From NCBI RefSeq assembly GCF_009914755.1, contig NC_060925.1: a stretch of DNA of 64,000 nt; one strand, written 5' to 3'. The position numbers and the translations under genes were made by a program. Below are positions 1 through 16,430 of the stretch, in pieces (position 1 is the first letter of the stretch; the number at the start of each line of letters is the position of its first letter). The notes below the pieces were generated by a model, which was not told where the DNA came from, ran no database searches, and saw only the letters and a program-made list of their open reading frames with translations. The stretch comes from the human T2T-CHM13v2.0 reference genome, Homo sapiens.

Positions 1-295
1 CAGAGTGGCTGAAGCCAAAGGGAAAAGAATTTGCTCATGAAATTGACAAGTCCAGCCATGGATCCAGGAGCTCCAAAAATGTCCTCAGGGACCCCTTGCC
101 TCTTGACTTCCTTCTTGGTCATTTTATTCTCAGGCGAGCTTTCCCCCTGAGGAGGCATGCGGTCACCAGCAGCTCCAGGCTTATACCCTACCCCAGTAGA
201 AGGAGCCACTTTGTTCCTAATGGTACCAGGAAAAGTCCTAGGATTGCTCATTGGGCAGGGTTGGGTCTCATGCTCATCCCTGCAGAGTGACAGTG
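1..295 (-). mobile_element. MLT1J/K-like MaLR LTR fragment
   Basis: Motifs gaaattgacaagtccag..ggatccagg..ttctcagg..cagctccaggc..aaaagtcc..cattgggc..catccctg match the antisense MLT1J/K pattern. Confidence 0.6.
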
Positions 296-319
296 ACAGT
301 GCGCCCTCCTGCAACAAGT

Positions 320-500
320 CACGTGCCAGGGACTTCTCTAGGAACATGTATGTCTTAACCCACTTAATCCTTAAAAAGGTCAGGACTACTGCTATTTACA
401 TTTCATGGATGAGGAGATTGAAGCACAGAAAGCTTATATAACTTGTCCATAGCTAATGAGTGGTGCAGCTAGAATTCCAACCCAACCCAGATGGTGTGGC
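320..500 (-). mobile_element. MIR SINE
   Basis: Antisense MIR core catttcatggatgaggagattgaagcacagaaag..acttgtcca. Confidence 0.7.
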
Positions 501-508
501 TTCATGGT

Positions 509-655
509 CCAGGCTCTCAAGTACACAAGGGTCACATGGAGGGCTTGTGAAAGCACAGAGTCCTGGGTCCCAGCTCCGAAGCTTCTGATTCTGGAGCTCA
601 GGGGTGGGACCTAGGAATTCGATGCTATCTGCAGACCATGCTTTGAGTGACACTG
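509..655. mobile_element. MER5A-like hAT-Charlie MITE
   Basis: cacatggagggcttgtgaaagcacaga..ctgggtccc..ttctgattc..ggggtgggacc..ctttgagtgacactg. Confidence 0.65.
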
Positions 656-877
656 AACTACCCTCAGGTGCTTCTCATGAGCAGCTACTTGCTTCAGCTG
701 CTTGCGCCAATCACAGTGACTCTGATTCGCCACACCTGGGTCCCACGGCCAACCAGGTATGGGGGAGGTGGGGAATCAATACCTAAGCCATATGGCCCAA
801 AAATGAGGGAGGGTGGATGTAAAGGAAGAAAACGTGTTCTGTAATCAGAAGGGATGCTTGAGCAACTTGGCACCCTC

Positions 878-1017
878 ACTGTGCTTTGATTTCCTTATCT
901 ATGATATGAGGATAGTAATAGTACTTCCTCATAGGATTGTTGTGAAGATGAAATTAGTTGATACTTGTGAAGCACTTACAGTTGTCCCTGGAACATAGTA
1001 AGTACCCAATAAAAATT
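878..1017 (+). mobile_element. MIR SINE 3' half
   Basis: gatagtaatagtacttcctcataggattgttgtgaagatgaaa..catagtaagtacccaataaa. Confidence 0.8.
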
Positions 1018-1039
1018 GGATACTCACTTAATGTACATT

Positions 1040-1237
1040 AGCATGAACACACACATATACAAGAACACAAAGGCACCCAGCCACTCACTTGCAAACACAC
1101 ACGTGAGGACGCAAACATATGCAGGACACACACAACACAATTTTGGGCATGTGGTCATATACAAAATCTCAAACACATATAACGACCCACCCGTGAACAC
1201 ACAAATGGTTACACGCTCAAAAGCCTTGGAACACACA
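1040..1237. repeat. Degenerate (CA)-rich low-complexity tract
   Basis: Repeated acac/catat runs. Confidence 0.6.
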
Positions 1238-1366
1238 GTAAGCTGGCCCGAGTTTGTTCTCCCAGATCCTCTGAGTCCACTGCCACTCTCTGCTCCTTCG
1301 AATAAGCTCTCTTTGATGAATATCAGGAGGAGGAGCAGGGCTGGAGCAGGGCAGCCTCCTGCCTAA

Positions 1367-1590
1367 GAGCCAGACCAGATGTTTAAATCAGACAGTTAGG
1401 TTTAGGATTGTTTCTACCAATTACTGGTTGACTTTCAGCGAGTTAACTTCTCTGAGCCTGTTTCCACCTTCAAAAAATGAGGATGATGAAGTACCCACTC
1501 CTTGTGGTTGTGAGAATTCACAGGGTAAATTCCTTTATGCCTTGGAGCTATAGAAAGTGCTCAGCGAGAGTTAGCTGTGCCTATTGTTTT
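1367..1590 (+). mobile_element. MIR SINE
   Basis: ttaacttctctgagcctgtttcc..aaaatgaggatgatgaagtaccc..gttgtgagaattca. Confidence 0.7.
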
Positions 1591-2159
1591 ATTATGACAA
1601 TCATCTCTGGTTTCTGGAGTGGCCTCCAGATGTGGGCAGGAATCAATGCATGTTTAGAAAAATGGCCAGGATTGGGTCAACCCTCAAAGCTACCACAGAA
1701 CCAGGTCCCCACCTACCGCCGAAGCAGTGGAGGCCGCGGCAGCACTGAGTGACTGCCACCGTACCAGAGCTGCAGCGCGCACAGCCGGCCCAAGAGCTGT
1801 TGACAGCTTTCTGCAAGCACTCACCATCTCCCTCTGCAGCTACGAATGGCGGGGTGGTGTTTGTAAATTACAGCAATATGTAATTTTTATTCAGTGATTT
1901 GTGTAAACTTACAGGATCCATAGCGGGTGTGGGCAGACATGATTTGCATTGCCAAATGGCCTTCTCTGTGGGCAGGAAACAGGCAGCCTGGCTTGGTAGG
2001 TCTGCCTGAAGTCATCAATGACAGCTCCACATTCAAGGACAGTAGGTGTTAGGAACAAGGTGGCATGCAGGACAGCTCTCCAAAGCCCTCCTAAAGCCAG
2101 GCTCCAGCTCCTGCAGACCCCTCCTGCCACCCCTTTCCACCCTCCCCGGCACTTGAGCC

Positions 2160-2710
<551 letters not shown>

Positions 2711-2927
2711 GGATCCTGACCAGTATTGGCTCCTCAGTGGGTACTGCCCTCTCTTCACCCCTTCTTCCCAGAAACAATCACCAAGTCTTGGCCCCAAGAC
2801 ACCATCACCCATTGGCACCTGCAAGCTTCACTTGGCATAGACCTCAGGAAACAACAGCAGCAGTGTATAAACTATGAGAGGTATGACTCACTTTTGTGTT
2901 TTTAAAACACTTTGAGCACTAAACCGA

Positions 2928-3024
2928 GATCCATGAGGACAGAGCATTTGTCCTATCTACTGTTGTACCTTAGCTTCTAGAACAATGCCTGGCACATAGT
3001 AGGCACTCAATAAATATTTGTTGA
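2928..3024 (+). mobile_element. L2 3' end
   Basis: aacaatgcctggcacatagtaggcactcaataaatatttgttga. Confidence 0.8.
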
Positions 3025-3034
3025 TATATTTACC

Positions 3035-3090
3035 CACTCATTCATTCTATAAACATTACTGAGCATCTCCTATGATCCAGACGCTGTGAG
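3035..3090 (-). mobile_element. L2 3' end, tail-to-tail with the previous one
   Basis: cattcattctataaacattactgagcatctcctatg. Confidence 0.65.
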
Positions 3091-3718
3091 CACAGACAGA
3101 AATCAAGGATGGCAGTGGGAGGGAGGTGCCAGAGGCGAGGCTGAGATGAAAGGTGGAGACTTCTCCAGGAGGCCTGGCCCCCTCACTGCCCCAGGCTTGA
3201 TTTTAACCCTGAAGAGCTACTTGAAATCTCTACGCAAAGGAAGAGGCATTTGAAAGTCACTTCCTCCCACATTATGTAGTCATTCAAAAAGTTTTTGTTA
3301 CCCAGCCCTAAACCCAACAAGGATGCCAGAGAGCCTGACTAGGTACTCTCTTCTTTGGGAACTTTTGGCTTTTGAGTACAGCCCATTCAGATCATTCCAT
3401 CTGCTCCCTGCACCTTAGAGTTAGCATAAACTGGGTTAATAAGTACCTAATCTAGGTGTTTTGCTCATGAGAGTAGCTGTGTCCCATCTGTTCCCCAGCT
3501 CTCTCCAAAACTGGCATGATGGCACTGAGAGGTGACTTCTTGAAGTGCCCAGGCCCCACTTATTCAGCCTGCTTAAGTTCTAGTGAGCTTCCAGCAGGCA
3601 CTTGGGCTGTTCATATAAGTTAACCTCCTCTCCCTGGCAGCTGTCACGAAAGATAGTTTTCAGTCTAACATCTTGAGGCTGCCATTCAATGACCACGTAC
3701 AATCTGGCTCTAACCTCA

Positions 3719-3947
3719 CATGGATGGATGGGATGGATGGATGACTGGATAGGTAGGTGGATGGATAGACAAATAAACTGTTGACTCTATCTCTCCCTCT
3801 CCCCTCTCAATGGGTCTGCCCCTCTGGGCATGAAAACCTGCACAATCTGCCCCCACCCCTGGATGGATGGGCAGATGGGTAGATAGATGAATGGGTAGGG
3901 ATGGGTGGGTGAGTGGATGGATAGATGGGTTGATGGGTCAGTGGATG
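3719..3947. repeat. Two (TGGA)n-type microsatellites (3719-3770, 3860-3947)
   Basis: Direct reading. Confidence 0.85.
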
Positions 3948-4147
3948 AACTGTTGACTCCCAGATCTCTTCTTTCTTCTTGGTGAGCCTACCCCTTTGAG
4001 CATGAAAACGTATGCACCACTGTCTTGAGGGTTCCCTACAGGTTACTTATCCAGAACCCCAGAAGGGTAAGCCTCCAACATTTCCCCATTCTTGGGGAAT
4101 GTCCAGTCCATAACAGCTAGTGAAATAAGTGATGTAACACAGAAAAA

Positions 4148-4240
4148 CATTCATTCACTCATTCATTCTTTCTTTCTTTCAACAAACATGTATTGAGGAC
4201 TTACTATGTGCCAGGCACTCTGTTAGGCATGGAGTGATAA
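4148..4240 (-). mobile_element. L2 3' end
   Basis: cattcattca..aacaaacatgtattgaggacttactatgtgccaggcactctg. Confidence 0.8.
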
Positions 4241-4459
4241 ACCAACCACTTAGTGGCTTCAGGAACCTGAACAGGATCAGCAGTAAAAAGAAAACGCCTG
4301 CATTCCTCCACATTCTCATATACACAGGTTTGGATTTATACATTTATCCAAATGCCTAAACCCCCTTCCCCTTCTCCCATCCCTCTTAGAATTTCCCCCA
4401 ACCCAACCCCAGGGATGGTATCTCCCTTAGGGTTGTTTATACTATCTCTAGGTGGTATC

Positions 4460-4720
4460 ACAGGGAAGTCTTCTTCCAGGCCTAAATTAAGCTTGTACAC
4501 TCATTGCCTCCTATTACTATTATTCCATGTGCAGCGGTGGATGTGCTGTGCTGAGCTGCTTTGCTCTTATGGTAATAACCCTAATACCAAGGGCATGCCA
4601 ACCATAGTATGCTTCTCTAATCAAAACCTTGCAAACAATCAAACATTTACTTTCTTGTTTCATCCTACAGATGCCAAATTATATTCAACTGATCTATCTC
4701 TTTTTACTTTCTAACCAAGC
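4460..4720 (-). mobile_element. Possible highly diverged L3/CR1 fragment
   Basis: Weak similarity to antisense CR1 (gaagtcttcttcc..cctaaat..taataaccct..aaacaatc). Confidence 0.3.
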
Positions 4721-4814
4721 CTTGTTTCTCTTGGCTTAGCTCTACTTATTTTGTTAAACACTGTAGAGAACCAAGTTCTCTTGGTTCTGAACCAAGAGAC
4801 GTTCCATAACCATC

Positions 4815-8221
<3,407 letters not shown>

Positions 8222-8590
8222 TTTGATGTTTGATATCTGACACTAGCCACACCCACCACTCCCCCTTCCCCTTTTGTCCCACATCTAGGCAAGATAATAA
8301 AACCTGAGAGCTCCTTCCTTTGGCACTAACAGTAAATTCAAACCACAAAGGCCAGCCCATGCACCAGGAACCATTGAGGTCCACAAAAAACTCATCCCAA
8401 TTCTTGAGGTCTATTTTTAAAACTCTATAATATCCTTGTGGTCAATCCATCTATAAAAACTGAAATCCAGTCCTCCTTTCCTAGTCTCTCAAGCCATTTT
8501 TTACCTGCTTGGGAGCTTTTCTGCTCTTTCTTAAGAGCCTCATTGTGTGAGTAATAAACCTTTAATACCCTCTTAGGGTGTGTGGTGGGT
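8222..8590 (+). mobile_element. ERV1 LTR fragment (MER39-like)
   Basis: TATA-like ctataaaaac, then gcctcattgtgtgagtaataaacctttaataccctctt typical of a MER39-type LTR 3' part. Confidence 0.55.
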
Positions 8591-9182
8591 AGGGGAAGCT
8601 GCAGGGGATGGGTGGGTGTCTGTGTGTGTGATCATTGATCTCTATAAGGATACAGCAGTGTCTGCTCAACACTGTGCCTGGCACATAGTAGGAGCTCAAC
8701 CTCAGAGTAGAAAGTGAGATATAGACGGGGACAGAATATGAGAAGCTTTGTAGTAAAGGGGTGCATACAGAGGGGTTGGACCCATGGGAAAGGGTCAGGG
8801 CTGAGGTTCCCCAGGCCCATGCCTGAAATCAGAGAAGGGTATGCAGTGCTTTACTGTCATTTAGCTCAGTTCAGGTCCATACTACAAATGCTCTCTCAAA
8901 GCTCTTCTGTGCCCAGTTCCGTGGGATAAAGATGGTCCCCTGCCCTTAGGCACTCCCAGAACTAATGCCAAAGAAGTGGGAAGGGTCTTGGCTACTCTTA
9001 GAGACAAAAATGGGACTGAGGCTTCTCCAGGGCAGGGACTGAGTTCAGGTTATCTCCAGGTCCTCCTGCCCAGCACAATTGTAGCACACAGTAGATGCTC
9101 AATACAGATTTGAAGAATGAATGAACCCACTATTCTCTCCTTTGAGCCTCTCACTAAACCTCCCCTTAAAAAGCCAACACAG

Positions 9183-9650
<468 letters not shown>

Positions 9651-9977
9651 TCAGGCAGGAGACCCAGGTCAGGCCCTGTGAGTCCAGAGTGAGCTGGTTT
9701 GTGCCCGAGTGAGCAAGCCAGGGAGGGCCAAAGGCCTGGCTTCTGAGCCTACCAGGCTTCATCCAGCTTCCTGGTGTCTTTGTGCCTGTCCCATTTTACC
9801 TCCCTAGATTCTCAGTAAATCTCTCAGTGTTTTTCTGCTGGGCCCAGGGGACTCAGGAAAGAGCTAAAAACTCACACTGATCCTTTGTGGGGAGTGTTTG
9901 CAGCAGGAGGTGTATCAGGAGAACCCTAAGGGTCCGTGAGCTCGAGAGCCCCAAGCAGCTCGGTATTGCCAAAATGA

Positions 9978-10105
9978 CTGACCAGGGTTTGAATTGGCTT
10001 CCACTGCTTACCAGCTGTGGTATGATCTTAGCAAGTTACTTCACTGCCGAGGGCCTCAGTTCATCTATCTGTAAAATGGGGATCATTGTAGCAACCCATA
10101 TGGTG
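9978..10105 (+). mobile_element. MIR SINE
   Basis: cttaccagctgtgg..gcaagttacttcac..gcctcagtt..tctgtaaaatgggga. Confidence 0.8.
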
Positions 10106-10287
10106 AATGACAGGATTCTCTTTGGGAAGAAAGTGATTTTTTTGTGTGTTTTCATTTTGGGGTGAGAATGAAATGGCACAATGAAAGGAGAGAACATAGC
10201 CCAGTTTCTGGCAATGGCTGGTACCTCAGACATGCAGAATCTCCAGCAGAGGGGCAGGTATCTGGGAAAGAAAAAGAGAGACCCCAG

Positions 10288-10358
10288 GAATGATAATGAG
10301 GATGGCAATGATGATGAAGATGATGTTGGTGATGAAGGTGACAATGATGGGGATGATA
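10288..10358. repeat. Degenerate (GAT)n microsatellite
   Basis: Direct reading; lies at the tail of the following antisense MIR. Confidence 0.75.
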
Positions 10359-10377
10359 GCAAGAGGACAGAAGAAAG

Positions 10378-10550
10378 CTTTACTAAATACCTACCTTATT
10401 GAAGGTTAGGCTCTGTTCTAGAAGTTTCTCATGCAATATCTTACTGAATTCTCCTACCAGCCATCTTGTTAACCCATTTCACAAATGAGGTACCAGACCC
10501 AGAAGTTAAGTGACTTACCCAAAATCACAGAGCTCAATTTCAGGTCTGTC
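10378..10550 (-). mobile_element. MIR SINE
   Basis: cccatttcacaaatgagg..cagaagttaagtgacttacccaaaatcacagagct. Confidence 0.75.
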
Positions 10551-10682
10551 CAACTGTGGGACATTAGTTCAATCTCAGTGAGTGGGAGACAGATGGAGCT
10601 GTTCTGGAAGCTGAGCCTGGGCCTCACCCAGGGAGAATTTTGCAGATCTATCATCCTCTGCAGCTTTCTGATCCTCTCTCTT

Positions 10683-11275
10683 GATTCATTCATTCAGCAA
10701 TAAATGTCCACTGTGCCTGGCCTTGGGGCTGGGAACACTGGAGTGGCTCACATAGTTCCTTGCCTCTGGGGACACTCAGGTAGTCACAGGTGAGAAGGGA
10801 GAGAGTGCCAAGAAAACAATTAACTACAAAACAAAGCAATGAGAACCACCCTTAAGACAATGGGAACACCAAGAGGGAGTGACATTCCACCAGGAGCAGG
10901 CTCAGAAGGCTTCACAGAAGAAGTGACTTTGGGGTGGGTTTCAAGGGATGGATAGGAGTTTGAGGACAAGGTGAAAATGGCGGAGGGAACTGTCTGAGCT
11001 AAGGCACGGGGAAAGGGAAGAAAATCTGGCCAGGGAGTGCTGTGGAGGGAGAGTCCAAAGTCGCTCTTGCTTGGGTATCAGCCAGAGTAGAGGGTCCATG
11101 GAGAGGTGGTAAGGGGGTGCATTACAAAAGGACCCGCTGAATGCCAAGTTATGCAGTTTGGATGTTCCCAAGGGCAGTGGAGAGCCATGGAAAGGGGCTG
11201 AATCAGGCAGTGAGATGATCAGGTTTGTGTTTTCGAAGGCTGGCACTGGTGGCAGTGGCGCAGGGAATGGAATAG
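10683..11275 (-). mobile_element. L2 fragment
   Basis: attcattcattcagcaa..gaaggcttcacagaagaag..ggatggataggagtttg..gggcagtggagagccatggaa..gatcaggtttgtgtttt. Confidence 0.75.
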
Positions 11276-11449
11276 GCAGTGGTGGAAAAGAAGGAATTTG
11301 GAGAGGCAATAGGAATGGGTCTGAGCCCCCTTTCCCTGGGAGGAGGCCAGAGAAGGGGACTGACACCCCAGTGACGTCTATCTCGGACATCCTCTCCAAT
11401 GCCCTTTCTCCTACTACTTGTCTTTCCCTGGAGCAACTTGACACCCCGG

Positions 11450-11670
11450 AGTGGAGGGCGTAGACACTGGCTAAGCACCTGGGCCCTGAAGACAGACCCA
11501 GGTTCTGCCACTTACCAGCAGAGTAACCTTGGACATGCCACGGACCCTCTCTGAGCCTCAGTTTCCTCACCTGAGCAATGAGTCACTGCAAAATTGAATA
11601 CAATCATATATAAAAGGGATTAGCCCAGGGCTGGAATAAAATTGGTACTTGGCAAATGCTAATGATTATC
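11450..11670 (+). mobile_element. MIR SINE
   Basis: ttctgccacttaccagc..ctctctgagcctcagtttcctcacctg. Confidence 0.8.
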
Positions 11671-12171
11671 CCCATTGGATGAATGAAGAAACAAAGGCCC
11701 CAGAAAGGGGCTGTGACAAAGCCATGGAGGGCAGCTCCTCCCACTCCATGCCCTTCACCTTCATCATGGTTCTCCTGTAAATGGCCTCCTGGCCCCTCAC
11801 TTTCCTGCTCTGCACAATGTATGAGGGCCCCTCCTGGAGCCAGGGGTCAGGGCAGGGAAGTTGGCAGATACGTGGAGTATCAGAAGGGAGAAGCAATGGC
11901 AGCCGCAGGGGTTTAGTGAATTACTTCACTCCCCAGCCACACCCTCAAACTCCTCTGTCTCCCCTGCCATCATCCGACCCCCCCTGGCTATGAAACTCTC
12001 CTCTGGCTCCTTTCCCATGGAGCCATTCATGGGCATGAATGGCTTGTCCTACTCCTCCTCCCCTGCCTTCCTACAGAGCAGATAAAATTCCCCTACCCGG
12101 GAGCAGAGTACCCATGAACAGGACTTCCTGGCGACCAGGATAAATAGTGAGCCCCCAAATTACCCTTGCTT

Positions 12172-12315
12172 GGGTATCAGGAGCTCTGGGTTCAAGTCCC
12201 AGCTCTGCCATTAACTCGCAGTAGAATCTGGATATTTTCCTTCTCACGACCTCAGCTTCCCCATCTCAAACGGAGTGGGTCGGATTCGATGCTCTCTAAG
12301 GACCTCCCACCTCTG
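12172..12315 (+). mobile_element. MIR3-like SINE
   Basis: ctgggttcaagtcccagctctgccattaact..ctcagcttccccatct..gatgctctctaaggacctccc. Confidence 0.7.
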
Positions 12316-12924
12316 TCCTGCGGCTCCTTCTGCCTTCTGTTGGCTTCCTCCCTCCTCTCCTCTCCCGAGCCCTTTCCTGGTCCTCCCTGGTTTTCTCCTT
12401 CCAACCCACAGCCTCAGACCTACCCACGGTTCCCACAAGCTTTGCTCAAGCTGCCTGGGGCTCCCAGGGTCTGAAGGACACAGATCCCACCCCAGCTGTG
12501 AGCATCCCCCTGGCTGCCGTGGGCACAGTGCCTTCTGACACAGTGGTGCCTGGGCCCTCCCACTCAGAGTCAGCGGGGCCCAAAGGAAAACCCCTCAGCT
12601 CTGTCTGAGCCAACTGCAGAGGTGGCCAGAGCTGGGTTTAAAAATATGAGAGCCCAAGTACCCTCAGTGCCAACTGCCCACACAGCCTGCAGGCTGTGCT
12701 GCCCACTTCCCAGATGTCATCATGGCCACCGTGGGTGGCACAAAGGGAATGTGGTGGGGGGGTGGTGAGCCCAGAGAGGCCCGGGGGTGGCTAGTGAGGG
12801 GGACGGACATTCCTGAGAGCCTAGACCACAGAACAGGGCTGTTTACACCATCTGGTCATACCCACTTCTTTGGTCTCTGGAAATAACCAAGCCAATTCTG
12901 TTCAGACTCACAGTGTCATAGGAA

Positions 12925-13165
12925 GTGGAGTCTAACGAGCCTGGAATCGAATCCTGAGTTGGCCACTTACCGGCTGTGTGACTTTGGGCAGGTCACTTGC
13001 CCTCTCTGAGCCTCAGCCCCTATCTGTAAAACAGAGACAAGAAAAGTACCTACTTCCTAGGGCTCTTATGAGAATTTGATGAGACAATGCCTGCAAAGAG
13101 GCTTAACATAGGGCCCAACCCGTAGTAAGGACTTGATCAGTGGTAGTTGTCTTGGCTATTACTGT
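12925..13165 (+). mobile_element. MIR SINE, near full length
   Basis: gccacttaccggctgtgtgactttgggcaggtcacttgccctctctgagcctcag..gtacctacttcctaggg. Confidence 0.88.
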
Positions 13166-13329
13166 TATCATGATGTGGTATGGCTGGTCTTTGCTAGAAC
13201 TCCACCAAGGAGCAAAGGAGAGAGTAGGAAATGAGATGTCCTTGTTCCACTCTCTTGTCACATCCAGAACCCCCAAAGTCCAGGCACATCTGGCACCCAT
13301 GAAGCTGACAATGGGGTTCCTTCTGTTTG

Positions 13330-13590
13330 TTAGATAAACAGGGATACTGGGGCCCAGAGAGGGACTGTGTCCTGCTCAAGCAAGCTGGCAGCAGGTAAGA
13401 GTCAGAAGCTAGAAATTTGTATGACCCTCTCCAAGGTGAGAAAAACATAGCACCCCTGGAACTGGGAGGGCCCCTAAAGATTTCCCCTCCTTTTTCCAGA
13501 AAGGGAAACTGAGGCCCAGAGAGGGAAAGGGATTTGTCCAAGTCATGAGACAGCTAGGACCCAAGCCAGGATTCCCAGCTCCCTGACCCG
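13330..13590 (-). mobile_element. Two antisense MIR/MIR3 fragments
   Basis: gggaaactgaggcccagagagggaaagggatttgtccaagtca; ggatactggggcccagagaggg. Confidence 0.7.
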
Positions 13591-14179
13591 GGCTCTCTCA
13601 TTCCGTCCCGCCGCCTCGCCCTGCTCACTCCTGCCCCGGCCCTGCCTGCAGTTCTCAGTCCCAGGGTGGGCAGCTGGGCAAGGCGGGAGCAGGAGCCTAG
13701 CCCTGCTCTGCTGGGGCTGGGGGCTGCTCTGCTCCCCCAATCCCACTGGAGCCTGCTGCATCCTTATGTAACCCGCTCCTGCTTTCATAACCCACTGCTG
13801 CTTCCTTCTGGAGTGGGAGCTCCGGGAGCAGATTGGAACGCAGGGAGACATGAGCTGCCTTCCTATGAAAATAGGGTCATTACCAGCACTTGGGCTCCAG
13901 TGCCAGCTAATGGCCTTCTCTCATGGCCTGGGGCCTGCCAGCCTCTCCCCAGGCCCAGGGAAAGAGGAGAGGCCCAGGTTGGACTGGCATCCCATGCCAG
14001 GGCAGGGCACAGAGGGAGATCACCATCTTGGGATGCGGATGGATTCTCTACTGCTCTGGCATCCAAGGCAGGGACCAGCTCCCAGACTCCAAAGACCCAG
14101 GCAAGTGTATCAGCCCTAAAGAGTTCCCTGGAGAGAGGCCTGCAGGCAGGCACATTGGGGAGGCCATAGGCTCTCAGGG

Positions 14180-15850
14180 TTGAGTTGGAGTTGGAGCATC
14201 CTGGTCTCTGGCCAAATAACTATAGACACGTCAGTTCACTTCTCTGTGTCTTCATTTCCTTATCTGGAGAATGGGACTAAATGAGGACCAACCTCATTGG
14301 TTGCTGGGAATATTAAATGAAATTCTGACTGGCAGGTGCCTGGCCTAAAATAATGGCTGAGGAGTCAGCATCCCCATTTAGCAGATGAAAAAACTGAGGC
14401 TCGGACAGGTGACGTGACTTTAGGAGTACACTTCATCTAACAGCAGCAAAGCTATACATAAGACAGCAAACTCATCGTGCACTGAGCACATGCTACACAT
14501 ACGTGGACTGAGCTTCTCCCCAAAACAGCCCTATGGGGAGGTGCTATTATTATCCCCATCTGACAGATGAAGAACTCATTTTAAAGGGGCTAAGTGACTT
14601 TCTTAAGGCACACACTTGGGAAGCGGCCGAGCCAGGATTTGAACCCAGGCATCTGGCTTCAGAGTCTGAGTTCTTTGCCACCCCTACAAAACAACCAGGA
14701 CCAATAGACTGAGACTGCAGTAAGCAGGAGTTAAGCTAGACGCGAGTCAGGAAGTATGCCCCTTCGGCTTGCCACCATTCTTTAGAATCCCAGTCACCTT
14801 CCACCTTACCTCTCTTTGGCTGCCACTGTGCTGTGTGATCTTGGCTGGGCCACTTAACCTCTCTGGGCTCTTATCTCCGCATCTGAAACAAGGAGGCTGA
14901 TCCCTAGGCTAACAATTAGCAGGGTCATTGTGAGGACACATTAAGATAACGACTTGTAAACTGCTTTTCAGCTGAGAAAGTATCACACAGCTGGGACGGC
15001 TCATCACTTCCCTGGCCTCCAACTCCCTCCAACTCAGCAGGAACCCGCTAATGGACACCAGGAGCCTCTCAGCACCTCTGGCTGTTCAAACAAACACCTC
15101 TCCCCTCACTGCCCCTCCCCTGGGCTGCCCTTTGGATACAGAGGCAAAGCTCCCAGTCTTCCCTCTAGCGCTGGGGCAGACCAGTCTGGACACTTGAGTC
15201 ACAGCCTTCCTGCCTTCCCTCAACAGGGCATTCATTTTAGCTGAGCCCCTGCTGCGTGTTTCATGGGCACCCTCACACCTAATCCTCGTGATTACCTCCA
15301 CGAAGCTGGGCTTCATCTCCCCCATTTTATGGATGAGAAGCTACAGCTCAGAGAGGTGAAGTCACTGGCCTGGAGTCACACAGCTGTCAACCCAGTAGAG
15401 CCAGAATTCAAAGTAGGTCTCCATGCCTTTAGTGGCCTCACTAACCCACTTCTCAGGAAATGGGTCTTGTGCCTATTTTGCAGAAGTGACTGATGCTCAG
15501 GAAGCTGAAGGCACTTTGTCCGAGAAGCCAGGAAGAGGAATGGCCAGGCTGGCAACTCAGAGCAGCTGCCTGCTACCAGGCCCGTGCTCCTCCCTGCAGT
15601 TGGATGTCTTGACCAGGATGCACAGATGAGACCTGTGACATCCATCCCCCCAGAGAAGCCAGGCAGGTGGACACCATCATTGTTGATGGAGAAGCTGAAG
15701 CCAGACAGACCTAGAAGTTTGCCCAAGTCCCAGGGCAAGGAGTGCCAGCGTGAGAACTGGACCAAGTCATGTCCCTCTCTGGACCTCAGTCTCCCCAGGT
15801 ATATGAGAAGTGCCGGACCCTGGCTTGGTCAAGTAGACCCATTAAGGCCC
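14180..15850. mobile_element. Cluster of about 7 MIR fragments in both orientations (approx. 14180-14350+, 14370-14420-, 14470-14680-, 14810-14960+, 15230-15420-, 15665-15740-, 15760-15850+)
   Basis: Repeated MIR cores ccccatttagcagatgaaaaaactgagg, tattattatccccatctgacagatgaag, ccacttaacctctctgggc. Confidence 0.7.
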
Positions 15851-16299
15851 CTCCAACTCCAGGAGGTTGTGGCCTGGGCAGAAATCCCCAAGCCTGGCTG
15901 ATCACCAGAATTCCCTGGGAACATGCTTAAACCCCCAATGCTGGGCTGCACCCCGAGAATGTCTGATTTGGTGGAACTAGGGAGGGAGCTGAAAACCTGC
16001 GTTGTTTTATCCAGCATGACCTCAGCTCACGGCCCCCAACCCCAAGCTTCTGTGATCAGCCAAGTCAAGATTCCCAATATAGGACAATTTTCCCAGTGCC
16101 AGATGGAAACCAGTCCCCTGCCTGCCTTCACAGAGTTCACGGCTGGGATGGGAGGTGGACTCAGGGGCCTGTGGGACTCTGGGGTAGGTCAGAGATGGCA
16201 TCCAGGGGTCTCTGTTGCAGACCACTGCTCTGTTAGAATTCTAGATTTTGAATTGGGGTGAGACCTTGAGAAGTCTCAGCCTTCTTACTTGAGTAATTC

Positions 16300-16430
16300 T
16301 TCATTTGGCAGATGTTTATCAGCCCCCACTATGTGCCAGGCACTGTTTTCGGTGCCAGGGTGTAGCAGTAATACAATGCCTTTGCTCTCATGCTGTTTCT
16401 GTAATGGCGCAGAAGACAGTCAATAAACAG
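16300..16430 (-). mobile_element. L2 3' end
   Basis: tcatttggcagatgtttatcagcccccactatgtgccaggcactgttt. Confidence 0.75.

Noticed and set aside
10181-10402. Acidic D/E-rich 73-aa ORF
   Set aside because: Translation of a degenerate (GAT)n microsatellite at a MIR tail.
10941-11570. 209-aa minus-strand ORF
   Set aside because: Composed of MIR and L2 sequence; chance open frame.
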